Assembly: GCA_041613315.1 (NCBI GenBank)
Contig: JBFJHJ010000004.1
Coordinates: forward strand, 1-64,000
Direction of reading: 5' to 3'
DNA from: Gemmatimonadales bacterium
Lineage (GTDB): Bacteria; Gemmatimonadota; Gemmatimonadetes; Gemmatimonadales; GWC2-71-9
DNA: 64,000 nucleotides
Positions 50,934 to 64,000 of this stretch are shown in pieces. The translations under genes and the position numbers were made by a program. A model generated the notes under the pieces. The model was given only the letters and a program-made list of their open reading frames with translations, did no database searches and was not told the origin of the DNA. How positions within the stretch are numbered: position 1 is the first letter of the stretch; each line of letters opens with the position of its first letter.

Positions 50934-51679
50934 GCCAGGCCCTCCCAGAAACACAGCGCCCGCACCTCGCGCCCCTCGGCAACGTGGCGCTCGACGAACC
51001 GCACCAGAAGCCGGCGGTGCGCGGCCGCGTCCCGCGCCGCGAGCACGCCCACCTCCCCCGCGCTCCCCGCCACCAGCTGCTCGAACACGCCGCGATGGGG
51101 CGCCGCGAGCGTCGTGGTCTTTCCCGCGCGAGCGCACGCGGTGCACAGGAACCCGCCGTCGGGAACGGAGAAGGCGATCTTTCCCGCGGGCAGGGTGCGA
51201 CCGTCCCGGGCGCACACGTCCACGCTGGGGGTGAATCCCAGCGCGGCGATCACCGCCCAGAGCGCGGCGAGCGCCGCGGCGGGCAGCCGCTCGGCCGGGA
51301 CGGCGGCGAGGTGGTCCAGCTCCCGCACGACGAGCGTGAAGATCTCGGGATGGGGCTCCGGCGGCGCGAACCGCAACACCAGCTCGGCGAGCGCGGCTCC
51401 CGCGGCAAAGCGCGCGACGTGCGCCGCGAACACCGGACGCTGCACGGCAACGTCGAACTCGGCGAGCGTGTGCAGGTCACGGGTGGGCTTGAGGTAGAGC
51501 TGCGCCGTGCCCTCGCTCAGCACCTGCAGGCGAGCCCCGAACCGGCTCTTGGCGCGCTGCGCGCCCTTAGCGATCGCACTCTGCACCCCGTGATCGCGGG
51601 TCATCAACCGGACGATTTTCGACGTCTCACCGTAGGGGAAGGCGTGGAGAATGACCGCCGGCGTGCTGACGAGAGCCAT
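50930..51679 (-). CDS. recO: DNA repair protein RecO
   Basis: YGETSKIV...T..HG....AKGA...KSRFG; C..DG...C..C zinc-finger-like region. Confidence 0.92.
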   Translation of the reverse strand: MALVSTPAVILHAFPYGETSKIVRLMTRDHGVQSAIAKGAQRAKSRFGARLQVLSEGTAQLYLKPTRDLHTLAEFDVAVQRPVFAAHVARFAAGAALAELVLRFAPPEPHPEIFTLVVRELDHLAAVPAERLPAAALAALWAVIAALGFTPSVDVCARDGRTLPAGKIAFSVPDGGFLCTACARAGKTTTLAAPHRGVFEQLVAGSAGEVGVLAARDAAAHRRLLVRFVERHVAEGREVRALCFWEGLA

Positions 51680-51809
51680 GGAGGAAAGATACTGGGGCAG
51701 AGGGGACCGAGGGGGGAGGAAGACGAGAGGGACCCGCGAGCCAACCGAGATCGAGCGACGACGGCCCGCCTCTGCGCTCCTGCCCCTCCCGCCCCTTCTC
51801 CCCCCGCCC

Positions 51810-53861
51810 TTACAGCCCCACTCGCCCCCCCACCATCACTGCGCGTCCCGGTGCCCGAAAGTGGAACACCTCCTCATAACGCACATCGAACACGTTCTCG
51901 ACGCGGACGAGGATGCCGGCGAACCGGCGGCCGCCGCGCCCTCTCACGAGATCGACCTCGGCCGCCACGTCCACCGCCGTGTATGCCGGCAGCGTGTCCC
52001 GTCGGAACAGGGCGAAGTCGACGTCGGCGCGGGCGCCGACGTGACGCACGTTCGTCGTGAAACGTGCGCGCGCCGGGAGCGCGTAGGACACACCGACGGC
52101 GTACTGCGTCGTGGGACGTCGCAGGAGCCGCCCGCCCTCGAGGAACTCCGCAGCCGGCCCGGCGGCGAACCCCGCATCACGCACGAGGGTGACGAGATGG
52201 GTGAGGCTCGCCGTGACCCTCAAGGGCGGCAGCGGATGAGCCGCGCCCTCCAGCTCGATGCCGGACGCGTCCGCGGCGGGCACGTTGAAGTAGTTCGGCG
52301 CGCCCGGCGCGGGCGGGGCGAACGTGAACTGGATCAGGTCACGAAACCGCTGGCTGAAATACGTCACGGCCAGCCGCGCGCGCCCCCGCGCCAGCTCGTG
52401 CTCGGCGCCGACCTCCCAACTCGTCGTGCGTTCCGGCACGAGCTCGGGGTTTCCGCGGGCGAAGGGACCCTCGGTGAAGTTCTCGAAGAAGGTGGGCTCC
52501 TTGAACGCCTTGCCGACGGACGCGCGGAGCCGCGGGCCGCGCGCGAACGCGTACGTCGCCCCGGCGCGATAGGTGAAGAACGTGCCGAACGCGTCGTTGT
52601 CGTCGACGCGCGCGCCCGCGGTCACGGCCAGACCCGGCGCCGGCCGCGCGTGCACCTGGACATAGTACCCCCGGTTCACGCGGTCGGCGGTGAGCGCACC
52701 CGTTGACGGACCGAACTCGCTGTCCGATTCGTTGCTGCTCTGCTCGCGCTGGCGCTCGAGGGCGGCGCCGAGCGTCACCACCTGGCCCCGGCCGAGGTGC
52801 AGGTTGAGGCGCGCGTCGGCTCCCCGGCGTTTCACCTGCTCCCGACTCCGGAAGGCGAAAAACCCGAGCGTGTCGGCGGGACCATCGGGCCGGTCGTCCT
52901 GCCCGCCGTCGGCGTCGTGGAGCGTGAGGAGCACCCGCGCTTCGAGCCGGTCGGTGAGGAAGCGACCCACGTCCAGCGCGCCCATGAAGCGCTCCTGCGT
53001 CTGAAAGGCATTCTCGTCCACCAGGTTGCCGGCGCCGTCGGTCGGGAAATGGAACTCACCGTCGGTGTAACGGACGCTCACGGTCGCCTCGGTGCCCGCG
53101 TCGGGCCGGGCCTGCACCGAGCCGCTCAGGACCAGGCGGTCGTACGCGCTGTTGAACGCGAGAATCCCGTCGGTCGTCGACCGAGCCACGCCCACGCCGT
53201 ACCGCACGGCCTCGAGCCCTCCGCTGACCTCGGCGTCCGCCGCCAACGACCCGTAACTGCCACCGCGGACACGCGCCGACCCCCGCAGTCTTCCGTGACC
53301 GCGCCGCGTGAAGATCTGGATCACACCGGCCACCGCGTCCGATCCGTAGAGGACGCTCGCGGGCCCGCGGACCACCTCGATCCGATCGACGTTGTCGGTC
53401 GTGAGATCGGCGAGATCCACCGCCCCGCCCGGCGCATTGAGCGGGACGCCGTCCACCAGCACCTTGACGTAATTGCCCTCCCCGCCGCGCACGAAGAGCG
53501 AGGTGAGCGCGCCGTACGAGCCGTTGCGGACCACCGCCACGCCGGGCACGCGGCGCAGAGCCTCCGCGACATCGCGGATGCCCTCGCTCCGAAGCGCCTC
53601 GCCGTCCAGCACCGTCACCGTGGCCGAGAGCGCCGACATCCGGGTTGGCACACGGGTAGCCGTCACCACCACGGGGGGGAGCCGGACGGTGTCGGGCTGC
53701 TGCGCGCGGAGCTCTGGCGCGGCCATCAGGAGGACGGGAAGGACGATCGTTGCGATGTGGCGCACGGGTACCACTCCTATCTTCGAGTTCATTGTCCGTT
53801 GTCCGTTCCCCGTAGTTCCGTGTTCGTTGACCGCTCGTCGCGCCGCAACCTCAGCTTTCAT
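51810..53861 (-). CDS. btuB: TonB-dependent cobalamin receptor
   Basis: TonB box DTV.L..VVVTATR, plug RIEVVRGP.SVLYGSDA, C-terminal barrel strand; last gene of the B12-riboswitch operon. Start uncertain (53861 or ~53790/53763). Confidence 0.85.
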   Translation of the reverse strand: MKAEVAARRAVNEHGTTGNGQRTMNSKIGVVPVRHIATIVLPVLLMAAPELRAQQPDTVRLPPVVVTATRVPTRMSALSATVTVLDGEALRSEGIRDVAEALRRVPGVAVVRNGSYGALTSLFVRGGEGNYVKVLVDGVPLNAPGGAVDLADLTTDNVDRIEVVRGPASVLYGSDAVAGVIQIFTRRGHGRLRGSARVRGGSYGSLAADAEVSGGLEAVRYGVGVARSTTDGILAFNSAYDRLVLSGSVQARPDAGTEATVSVRYTDGEFHFPTDGAGNLVDENAFQTQERFMGALDVGRFLTDRLEARVLLTLHDADGGQDDRPDGPADTLGFFAFRSREQVKRRGADARLNLHLGRGQVVTLGAALERQREQSSNESDSEFGPSTGALTADRVNRGYYVQVHARPAPGLAVTAGARVDDNDAFGTFFTYRAGATYAFARGPRLRASVGKAFKEPTFFENFTEGPFARGNPELVPERTTSWEVGAEHELARGRARLAVTYFSQRFRDLIQFTFAPPAPGAPNYFNVPAADASGIELEGAAHPLPPLRVTASLTHLVTLVRDAGFAAGPAAEFLEGGRLLRRPTTQYAVGVSYALPARARFTTNVRHVGARADVDFALFRRDTLPAYTAVDVAAEVDLVRGRGGRRFAGILVRVENVFDVRYEEVFHFRAPGRAVMVGGRVGL

Positions 53862-54652
53862 CGCTCTCCCCTCCGAAGCGGCACGAACTGTGGCGTCCCG
53901 CGCCAGCTCCCGACCTCCACCGGCCAGCCGAAGACCTCTTCCAGGACCTCGCGCGTGAGCACGTCGGCGGGCGCTCCGGCCGCGCGCGCCGCTCCCCGGT
54001 CGAGGACGACCAGCCGGTCCACGAAGCGCGCCGCCAGATTCACCTGATGCGTCACGAGCAGGCCGGCCAGCCCCTCCACGCGGACCAGCTCGGCCACCAG
54101 CTCCAGCACCTCCATCTCGTGGCGGACGTCGAGGTTGGTGGTGGGCTCGTCCAGCACGAGGGCCCGGGGCTCCTGGGCGAGGGCCCGGGCGACCCGCACG
54201 CGTTGCCACTCGCCGCCCGACAGCGTCGCGACCCAGCGGTCGCCGAGGTCGAGGGCATCGCATCGCTCCAGCGCGCGCATGACCGCGCGGTCATCGACGT
54301 CTCGCGGGGCGCCCAGCGGTCCCAGGTGCGGATAGCGGCCGAACAGGACCACCTGGCGCGCCCGGAGGGGGAACGCCGGCTCCTCCCGCTGGGCCACCAC
54401 GCCGATCAAGCGCGCCAGATCCCGCTTCGGCCATTGCGCCGCCGCGCGCCCCGCGACCCGGGCGTCGCCCTCGGACGGCACGCGCACGCCGAGCAGCACG
54501 TTGAGGAGCGTCGTCTTGCCGCTTCCGTTCGGACCGACGATCGCCACCAGCTCGCCCGCTTCCACCGTGAGATCCACCCGCCGCACCGCGGGCGCCGCCG
54601 CGCCGGGATAGCGATAAGAGACCCCGCGGGCCTCGAAGATCAGCCCTGCCAT
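53858..54652 (-). CDS. btuD: Cobalamin/iron ABC transporter ATP-binding protein
   Basis: GPNGSGKT, LSGGE.QRV, LDEPT. Confidence 0.85.
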   Translation of the reverse strand: MAGLIFEARGVSYRYPGAAAPAVRRVDLTVEAGELVAIVGPNGSGKTTLLNVLLGVRVPSEGDARVAGRAAAQWPKRDLARLIGVVAQREEPAFPLRARQVVLFGRYPHLGPLGAPRDVDDRAVMRALERCDALDLGDRWVATLSGGEWQRVRVARALAQEPRALVLDEPTTNLDVRHEMEVLELVAELVRVEGLAGLLVTHQVNLAARFVDRLVVLDRGAARAAGAPADVLTREVLEEVFGWPVEVGSWRGTPQFVPLRRGER

Positions 54653-55611
54653 CGCCGCACCAAGAGCACGAAGACGGGCACGCCGATCAAGGCCGTCACG
54701 ACGCCGACCGGCAGCTCCACCGGCGCAAACGCCGTGCGTGCCAGGCCGTCCGCCACGACCATGAGCGTCCCTCCGAGCACGAACGCCGCCGGGAGCAGGG
54801 CGTGATGGATGTGCCCCCACACGATCCGCACGGCGTGCGGCACGACGAGCCCGACGAAGCCGATGATGCCCGAGACCGAGACCGCTGCCGCCGTCAAGAG
54901 GGAGGCGCCAAAGTAGAGCACGCGTTTCAACCGCTCCACGTCGGCGCCCAGGAACCGGGCCGGGTCTTCGCCCAGCGACAGGAGATCGAGCGGCCGGCTC
55001 AGCGAATAGAGGGCGCCGAGCGGAAGCACGGCGTACGCGCCGAAGAGCACCACCGCCTGCCACGACGACCCGCTGAAGCTCCCGAGGATCCACAGGAGCG
55101 CGTTGCGGACCTGGGGTGCGGGGGACACGGCCATGATGGCGCCCATGGCGGCGATCGCGAACGCTCCGACCACGACACCGCCCAGCAGCAATACCTTCGT
55201 ATCCAGCACGCTCCCGGTCACGACGGCCAGCCGATAGACGACGGCGATCGCCACGAGCGCGCCCACGGTCGCCGCGATCGGCACCCCCCAGACACCCCCC
55301 AGGCGGAGTGCGATGGCAGCCACCGCGCCTACACCCGCACCGCCGGAGAGTCCCAACAGGTACGGATCCGCCAGCGGATTGCGGACCAGCGCCTGGAGCG
55401 ACGCGCCCGTCACGGCGAGACTCCCGCCCACGCAGAACGCGAGAAGGGCGCGCGGTGCTCGCAGGTCGCGCACGATGGCGACCGTCGTGGGTTCGCCGTC
55501 GCCGAGCACGGCGCGCCAGACGTCCACCAGCGGGAAACGTGCCGGCCCGACCGCCACGGCGGCGACGAGGGCGACGAGCGCGGCCGCAGCCAGCACGAGC
55601 CAGCGGATCAT
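54640..55611 (-). CDS. btuC: Cobalamin/iron ABC transporter permease (FecCD family)
   Basis: RNPLADPY.LG.S.GA, G.IGFVGLVVPH, ELPVG. Confidence 0.88.
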   Translation of the reverse strand: MIRWLVLAAAALVALVAAVAVGPARFPLVDVWRAVLGDGEPTTVAIVRDLRAPRALLAFCVGGSLAVTGASLQALVRNPLADPYLLGLSGGAGVGAVAAIALRLGGVWGVPIAATVGALVAIAVVYRLAVVTGSVLDTKVLLLGGVVVGAFAIAAMGAIMAVSPAPQVRNALLWILGSFSGSSWQAVVLFGAYAVLPLGALYSLSRPLDLLSLGEDPARFLGADVERLKRVLYFGASLLTAAAVSVSGIIGFVGLVVPHAVRIVWGHIHHALLPAAFVLGGTLMVVADGLARTAFAPVELPVGVVTALIGVPVFVLLVRRWQG

Positions 55612-56492
55612 CGACGCCAGCCCTCGAGCACACGGGCGAGCTGCCGCACGGCCGCGGACGCCCGAAACGACGGATGCTCGAACTCGCTGCCCTGCACCAC
55701 CGCAAAGCGCCGCTCGCGGATCGCGCGCACCACCCGCCACTCCGGTCGCGTCGCGAGACTCGCCGTTTCCGTGCCCGCGGCGACCAGCACCACGTCCGGG
55801 TCCCGCGCCGCGATCGTCTCGATGCTGACCGTGGCCGATGGGCGGTCGAGCTCGTCGAACACGTTGTGCCCGCCGGCGAGCGAGACGATCTCGCTCAGGA
55901 AGCTGCCGCCACCGATCACGATGGGAGGGTTATCCCAGGCGAGAAGGAGGACGCGGGGCGCTTGGCCGGCGCGCGCAGTGGCTGGCGCGGCGAGCGCGAC
56001 CTCGAGGCCCTCGATCAAGGAATCCGCCCGCAGCGAATCGCCGAGGACGCGCCCCAGCAGTCGGGTCACCCGAACGAGATCGGCGAGGCGGTCGAGCGCG
56101 AGGGTCACGGTCGCGACGCCGGCGCTCTCGAGGCGCTCGATGGCCGCCGCGTTTGCCGCGGAGCGGTAGAACGCGACCAGGTCGGGGCGCCGGGCCAAAA
56201 TCGCCTCCACGTTGGGAGCGAGCCCGTCTCCCACGCTCGGCACGTCGCGTGCTGCGGGCGGATCCTGGCACCAGCGGGTGCGACCGACGACACGGTGGCC
56301 CGCGCCGAGCGTGAACAGCAGCTCGGTCGTGGCGGGAGAGAGTGAGACGATCCGTGCCGGCGGGGCTGTGAGGCGGATCGGCCGACCAACATCGTCGACG
56401 GCGCCCCCCGAGGTGCGGCCGGTGCTGTCGCCCGGGCCGCACGCCAGCAGCGCGGCGGCGATGAGGCCCGCGGCCTTAGGGGACCAACGCAC
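55608..56492 (-). CDS. btuF: Cobalamin-binding lipoprotein (helical-backbone SBP)
   Basis: Lipobox LLAC, DD.GR, RIVSL.P..TE.LF.LG, PN.EAI....PDLV. Confidence 0.85.
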   Translation of the reverse strand: MRWSPKAAGLIAAALLACGPGDSTGRTSGGAVDDVGRPIRLTAPPARIVSLSPATTELLFTLGAGHRVVGRTRWCQDPPAARDVPSVGDGLAPNVEAILARRPDLVAFYRSAANAAAIERLESAGVATVTLALDRLADLVRVTRLLGRVLGDSLRADSLIEGLEVALAAPATARAGQAPRVLLLAWDNPPIVIGGGSFLSEIVSLAGGHNVFDELDRPSATVSIETIAARDPDVVLVAAGTETASLATRPEWRVVRAIRERRFAVVQGSEFEHPSFRASAAVRQLARVLEGWRR

Positions 56493-56597
56493 GACCGCTC
56501 ACTCCTTCACCGATGGAAGGCGGCGAGCGGACGCGGACACGATCGGCTGGGTTCGCGCTCCACCGGCCCTCCCACGAGGGGTTCATTGGTGGCGCGA

Positions 56598-56745
56598 ACG
56601 GGAGCGTCTCCTGGCTCCGGGCATCGACTCGCCTTCCCGGTTTCCCAGTGGCGATTGAGCCGATCTGCTTGCCCGTGACAGTGGCGGGGCCGCGCCGGAT
56701 TCACACCGGCTTCCGACTCCGCGTCCGCGGAAACTCGATCAACGG
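56598..56745 (-). ncRNA. Cobalamin riboswitch
   Basis: Minus strand GGAAGCCGGTGTGAATCCGGCGCGGCCCCGCCACTGT...GCCACTGGGAAACCGGGAAGGC...GAGCCAGGAGAC, directly upstream of btuF. Confidence 0.93.
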
Positions 56746-56897
56746 CTTTCGATCTTTATGCTATCCGCGAGACGGCGGGGGCGCAACCGCCGGGGAGCGG
56801 TGTGAGACGGAGGCGCGGTGAGCGATGCGCCGTCCGCGGTGAGCCCCAAACCGCCGCCGGAACCCGGCCGGGGGATCACGGCGGCTCAGCGCACCGC

Positions 56898-57980
56898 CTA
56901 CGGCTCACGTTCCTTCAGCACCCGGCTCAGTCGATCTTTCAGCTCCGCGCGGCGCCGCCGGTACTCGTCGGAATCGACGTCCGTGAACGCCGCGTCGAGC
57001 GCCGCGATCTGCGCGGCCAACACCTGCGGATCATCCGCGGCCACGGGCGCGGCCTGGGTGCGGCGCCACCACCACACGAGCGACCCGGCCATCGCCAGCG
57101 CGGCGATCAGCACCGGCACCCACCAGTACGCCGCCGGGGAGAAGGGCGCCTGGCCGAACCGAACGACCACGGCGCCGCCCGCGATCTTCTCCCCCTCGTA
57201 GCGCCGTACCAGCAGACGCTCCAGCTCCTCGACGCCGCTCAGCGTCACCGGCCCCTCCACCGTCGCCGTCGTGTCCTCGAGCATCACGTTCACTCGGCCG
57301 ACCGGTTGGTCGAACGGGATCACCAGCTCGCGCATCGTGCGTGGCATGAGGTAGCTGACGAGCAGTTGCCGTTCGCCGGGGGGGACGGGAGCGGCGACCG
57401 AGACGGTGTCGCCGTGGCGGAACACGGCCCGATCGCTCATGTCGCTCTCGCCCACCTCGAACTGGATCGCCCCGGCGGGTAGCAGGCCCTGCCACACCGG
57501 CCGCGTCGTGTCGGGCGCGACGCGGGTGCGCCGCCCCGCGTTCTCCAGCACCCACAGCTCGATCACACGCCGCGAGCCGTCCGCCTCTCGCTCGCGCACC
57601 ACGAGGTGCCGCTGAGACAAACGAATTGGGGGCGCGACCGAGGACGTGTCGTAGACCGCGAGCACGCCGGCCGTGTCGCTCCGAACCGACGGGAAGCGGA
57701 GCGGCTCGGTGAAGTTGGCGATCCCGGCGTACGACACACTGACAAGGTACCGGGCGAGGGTATCGCGGGCGGCGGCCCGCAGGGCGTAGCGGCCCGCCGC
57801 GTCGGTGCGGGCCGAATCCACCGGCCCGCCCCCGGCGGGGGTGACCTCGTGCAGCACCGCCCACTGCCCGGGGAGGGGGACGGAGTCGCGCTCGGTGACG
57901 CGCACGACCCGGCCGGTCACGCGAAAGCCCTGAGCCTCGGTTGCGGGGGCGAGGCTCAGGGCTGCGAGTGCCGCGAGCAC
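56898..57980 (-). CDS. Hypothetical exported membrane protein (carboxypeptidase-regulatory-like N-domain, C-terminal TM)
   Basis: Signal peptide, ARTDAAGRY motif, TM YWWVPVLIAAL, tail LAAQIAALD...Y..RR..LK; start uncertain. Confidence 0.65.
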   Translation of the reverse strand: MLAALAALSLAPATEAQGFRVTGRVVRVTERDSVPLPGQWAVLHEVTPAGGGPVDSARTDAAGRYALRAAARDTLARYLVSVSYAGIANFTEPLRFPSVRSDTAGVLAVYDTSSVAPPIRLSQRHLVVREREADGSRRVIELWVLENAGRRTRVAPDTTRPVWQGLLPAGAIQFEVGESDMSDRAVFRHGDTVSVAAPVPPGERQLLVSYLMPRTMRELVIPFDQPVGRVNVMLEDTTATVEGPVTLSGVEELERLLVRRYEGEKIAGGAVVVRFGQAPFSPAAYWWVPVLIAALAMAGSLVWWWRRTQAAPVAADDPQVLAAQIAALDAAFTDVDSDEYRRRRAELKDRLSRVLKEREP

Positions 57981-57984
57981 GGCG

Positions 57985-61070
<3,086 letters not shown>

Positions 61071-61093
61071 CGAACTCCCTGGAAGTGAGCGCG

Positions 61094-62905
61094 TTACGCG
61101 TGTCGGTTCAAGGTAGCTTCGGGAGCATCGGCGGGCAACCGGCCGACGTCCACTAAGTCGAGGTCTACGTACCGGGCGAGTCCCACTGCGAGCGCGCGCG
61201 TGGCCTCCGCGGTGCTCGACACGGCGAGCGCGTCATGGGCGGCCTGCTGTGCACCGTCCTGCGCGATCTGCCGCACGAGCCAGCGCATGAGCGGCAGGGC
61301 CGGCGGGGCGACGCTCAGGACCCGGTACCCCAAGCCGATCAGCAAGAACGCCGCAACCGGCTCCGACGCCATCTCGCCGCATACGCTGGTGACCACGTCC
61401 GCCCGCCGGCCCACGTCCACGATCTGCTTCAGCAGCCGCAGCACCGCCGGATGGAACGATGTAAACCGCCCGGCGAGCCGCGCGTTGCCGCGGTCCACCG
61501 CGAGCGTGTACTGCGTGAGGTCGTTGGTGCCGACGCTCAAGAAGTCGCTCCGGGCCGCCAGCTCCTCCGCGATCATCGCGGCCGCCGGCGTTTCGATCAT
61601 CACGCCGATCGGCACGTCCGGCGCGGCGGGGATCCCCGCGCGGCGGAGCGCGGCCGCCTCTTCCGCCACGAGCTCCCGCGTGCGTTCGACCTCCTCGACG
61701 CCGGTGACGAGCGGCAGCATGAGCTGGATGTCCCCGTGGCGGCGCGCCCGGAGCAGCGCGCGGATCTGCGTGCGAAAGATCTCCGGCCGATCGAGACAGA
61801 CGCGGATGGCCCGCCAGCCGAGGAACGGGTTCGGCTCGGGGACCGGGCGAAACGCCGCCGGGAACTTGTCACCCCCCAGGTCGTAGCTGCGCACCACCAC
61901 GGGGTGATGGGCGAAGCGCTGGGCGACCCGGGTGAAGAAGCGCGCCTGCTCCTCCTCGCCCGGCATCTCGGTCCGGCCGAGGATGAGGAACTCGGTCCGC
62001 AGGAGTCCGATGCCTTCGGCGCCGTGCTCCACCACCCCGTCCAGCTCATCCGGCAAGTCGAGGTTGCCGCGCAGCGCTACGGTCGTCCCATCGGTCGTCT
62101 TCGCCGGCTGGCCGACGGTCGCCTCCAACTCCCGCACCAGCGCCTGGCGGCGTTGCTCCCGTTCGGCGGCCTCCGCGAGCTCGGCGGGCGTGGGGTCGAT
62201 CAGCACCGTGCCGCGGCCGCCGTCGAGAATCACCTCGGCCCCGTTCCGGATCCGGTCCAGGCCGCCGACGAGGCCCATGACGCACGGGATGCCTAGACTG
62301 CGGGCGAGGATCGCGGCGTGTGAGATTCGCGTGCCCTCCTCGCTGGCAAAGGCCGCGACGTGTTCCATCTCGAGCTGCACCGTGACGCCGGGAGACAGCT
62401 CGCGCGTGAACACGATCGGCCGGCGCCGCGCCTCGTGATGGAGGAGCGATTCCACCGCCCGGCCGACGAGCTGATTGAGCACACGGACTTGCAGCCCCAC
62501 GAGGTCCACGACCCGCTGCCGCAGCCGAGGGCTGGTCGACTGCGACCAGAGCGCCCGCATCTCAAGCGTCTTGAACTCGAACGCGCGTTCCGCGGTGAGC
62601 TGGTTCTCGCGAATGAGCGTCTCGACCTCCCGCAGGAAGTCCGGATCTTCGACCATCAGGATCTGGGCGTCGAAGATCTTGGCTTCCTCGGGACCGGCGC
62701 GTTCCGCGGTGCGGTGGCGAAGCTTCTCGAGGAGCGTTTGGACCGTCGCGACGGCCGCGTGCAGCCGTCGGATCTCCGCCTCGACTTCGGACGCGGCGAC
62801 GGCACCACGCGTCACCTCGGGCAGGTCCCAGCGGATGACCACGGCCTGCCCGATGGCGATGCCGGGCGACACACCGACACCCCGAAGCAGCCGATCGCCG
62901 CTCAC
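61094..62905 (-). CDS. ptsI: PTS enzyme I
   Basis: [13 protein letters not shown] phospho-His, [35 protein letters not shown]. Confidence 0.95.
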   Translation of the reverse strand: MSGDRLLRGVGVSPGIAIGQAVVIRWDLPEVTRGAVAASEVEAEIRRLHAAVATVQTLLEKLRHRTAERAGPEEAKIFDAQILMVEDPDFLREVETLIRENQLTAERAFEFKTLEMRALWSQSTSPRLRQRVVDLVGLQVRVLNQLVGRAVESLLHHEARRRPIVFTRELSPGVTVQLEMEHVAAFASEEGTRISHAAILARSLGIPCVMGLVGGLDRIRNGAEVILDGGRGTVLIDPTPAELAEAAEREQRRQALVRELEATVGQPAKTTDGTTVALRGNLDLPDELDGVVEHGAEGIGLLRTEFLILGRTEMPGEEEQARFFTRVAQRFAHHPVVVRSYDLGGDKFPAAFRPVPEPNPFLGWRAIRVCLDRPEIFRTQIRALLRARRHGDIQLMLPLVTGVEEVERTRELVAEEAAALRRAGIPAAPDVPIGVMIETPAAAMIAEELAARSDFLSVGTNDLTQYTLAVDRGNARLAGRFTSFHPAVLRLLKQIVDVGRRADVVTSVCGEMASEPVAAFLLIGLGYRVLSVAPPALPLMRWLVRQIAQDGAQQAAHDALAVSSTAEATRALAVGLARYVDLDLVDVGRLPADAPEATLNRHA

Positions 62906-63180
62906 GCGTCTGCCTCCTTGCGTTTCTTGATCAGACACTCCAGCAGCGCCGCGACGGCCTCCTCCGCGTCGTCCCCGTCGGCCCGGATCGTGAGCGTGCT
63001 GCCGTGCTCCGCGGCGAGTGTGACCACGCCCATGATGCTCTTCGCGTTCACCCACTGCCCGTCTTTCCCGACCGTGATCTCGGAGCTGAACCGCCCCGCG
63101 ACCTTCACGAACTCGGCCGCCGGCCGCAGATGCATGCCCAGCTTGTTGGCCACCGTGACCGACTGTTCGACTACGGCCAT
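62902..63180 (-). CDS. ptsH: Phosphocarrier HPr
   Basis: GMHLRPA (His15) and NAKSIMGV (Ser46). Confidence 0.93.
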   Translation of the reverse strand: MAVVEQSVTVANKLGMHLRPAAEFVKVAGRFSSEITVGKDGQWVNAKSIMGVVTLAAEHGSTLTIRADGDDAEEAVAALLECLIKKRKEADA

Positions 63181-63911
63181 ACCCACCCCAGGAGCAGGGC
63201 CGCGAACGCCGCGGCCAGGCCGAAACGCAGTCCGCCCAGAATCGGCGCGACCCACCGGAGCAGCACGATCCCGAGCGCCGCCACCACCCCGACACCCAAC
63301 CGCGGCCCCATCCCGAGGTCCGCGACAATCCAGTCCGTCGCGACCGGGAGCGCCACGCCCACGGCGATGCCGGCCACCGGGCCCGCCACGCGGAGGCCCG
63401 CCCGCAGTCCCGCAGCCGTGAGCGCCCGCGCCACGCCGGTGCCCTGGCGCCAGCCCGCGGCAAGTCCCCAGGTTCGGAGCGTCAGGTGCACGAGATTGTA
63501 CGCGACGAAGAACGTGACCGCCCCGACCACGGGCGACGCCATGCCGGCGACGACGAGCCCGACCGCCACCAGCGCCGGCAGCGCACCGGCCCAGATGAGA
63601 CGATCGCCCAGCGAGCCGAGCGGCCCGATGAGCGCCCCGCGGAGCCGCCGCACCTGGTCCTCCGTGACCCCGTCGTGCTCGGCCCGGGCGAGCGCTCCGA
63701 CCGCGAGGCCCACGAGGTACGGGTGGGCGTTGAAGTACCCGGCCGCGCGTGCGAGCGCCGCGCGAAACCGTTCGCCGCGCGGGCCGCCGGGCAGTCGCCG
63801 CAGCCGCGGCTCGCTGGCGCGGGCCGCCCCCACGCCAAGCATGCGCTCGTAGTTCCATGCGGCCTGGACGGTGAACAGCCGCAGCCACGACCGGAGGACC
63901 GCGGCGTTCAC
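63171..63911 (-). CDS. PTS mannose/fructose/sorbose-family IID component
   Basis: QAAWNYERMLG.G, FNAHP, GPLG.LGD.L.W. Confidence 0.9.
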   Translation of the reverse strand: MNAAVLRSWLRLFTVQAAWNYERMLGVGAARASEPRLRRLPGGPRGERFRAALARAAGYFNAHPYLVGLAVGALARAEHDGVTEDQVRRLRGALIGPLGSLGDRLIWAGALPALVAVGLVVAGMASPVVGAVTFFVAYNLVHLTLRTWGLAAGWRQGTGVARALTAAGLRAGLRVAGPVAGIAVGVALPVATDWIVADLGMGPRLGVGVVAALGIVLLRWVAPILGGLRFGLAAAFAALLLGWVWP

Positions 63912-64000
63912 CGGAGCACCACCACAGCCACGCCCCCCACCAGGCCGAGGACGACCCACCCGAGCTTGAGGCCCCGCCCGGTCAACTGCACCGCGCCCGT
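63908..64000 (-). CDS. 3' end of probable PTS IIC component (partial)
   Basis: Hydrophobic frame ending ...GWVVLGLVGGVAVVVLR* with GTGA overlap to IID; identity inferred from position. Confidence 0.55.
   Translation of the reverse strand, partial: TGAVQLTGRGLKLGWVVLGLVGGVAVVVLR

Overview
High-GC bacterial window. Gene content and order (PTS-metK-ahcY-DUF151, btu operon, recO-selB, MoxR/vWA cluster) suggest Gemmatimonadota or a relative; this is an inference. 1-16 kb is accessory-looking: a three-module GMC oxidoreductase with a metallophosphoesterase, a four-RCK K+ channel, an acidic lipoprotein, a coupled membrane multiheme cytochrome c / FG-GAP-ASPIC / TPR trio, a fused SSS-GH4 pseudogene, and a stranded 5' fragment of tRNA-Ser(GGA) 1 kb upstream of the intact tRNA. 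16-27 kb is a TetR-led anaerobic benzoyl-CoA dearomatisation operon (oah, SDR, dch, bcrCB, two short ATPase subunits, small CxxC protein, had) extended by a DAO-family flavoprotein and a hemerythrin. 28-45 kb holds a PflX-like radical SAM enzyme, DDAH, heptamer intergenic repeats and a 15-kb nine-gene MoxR/vWA/DUF58/DUF4159 cluster with two protease-fold proteins. 45-64 kb is mostly housekeeping: tadA, clpB, selB, recO, riboswitch-controlled btuFCDB, ahcY, metK and PTS genes. All family assignments come from motifs recognised by eye; no searches were run.
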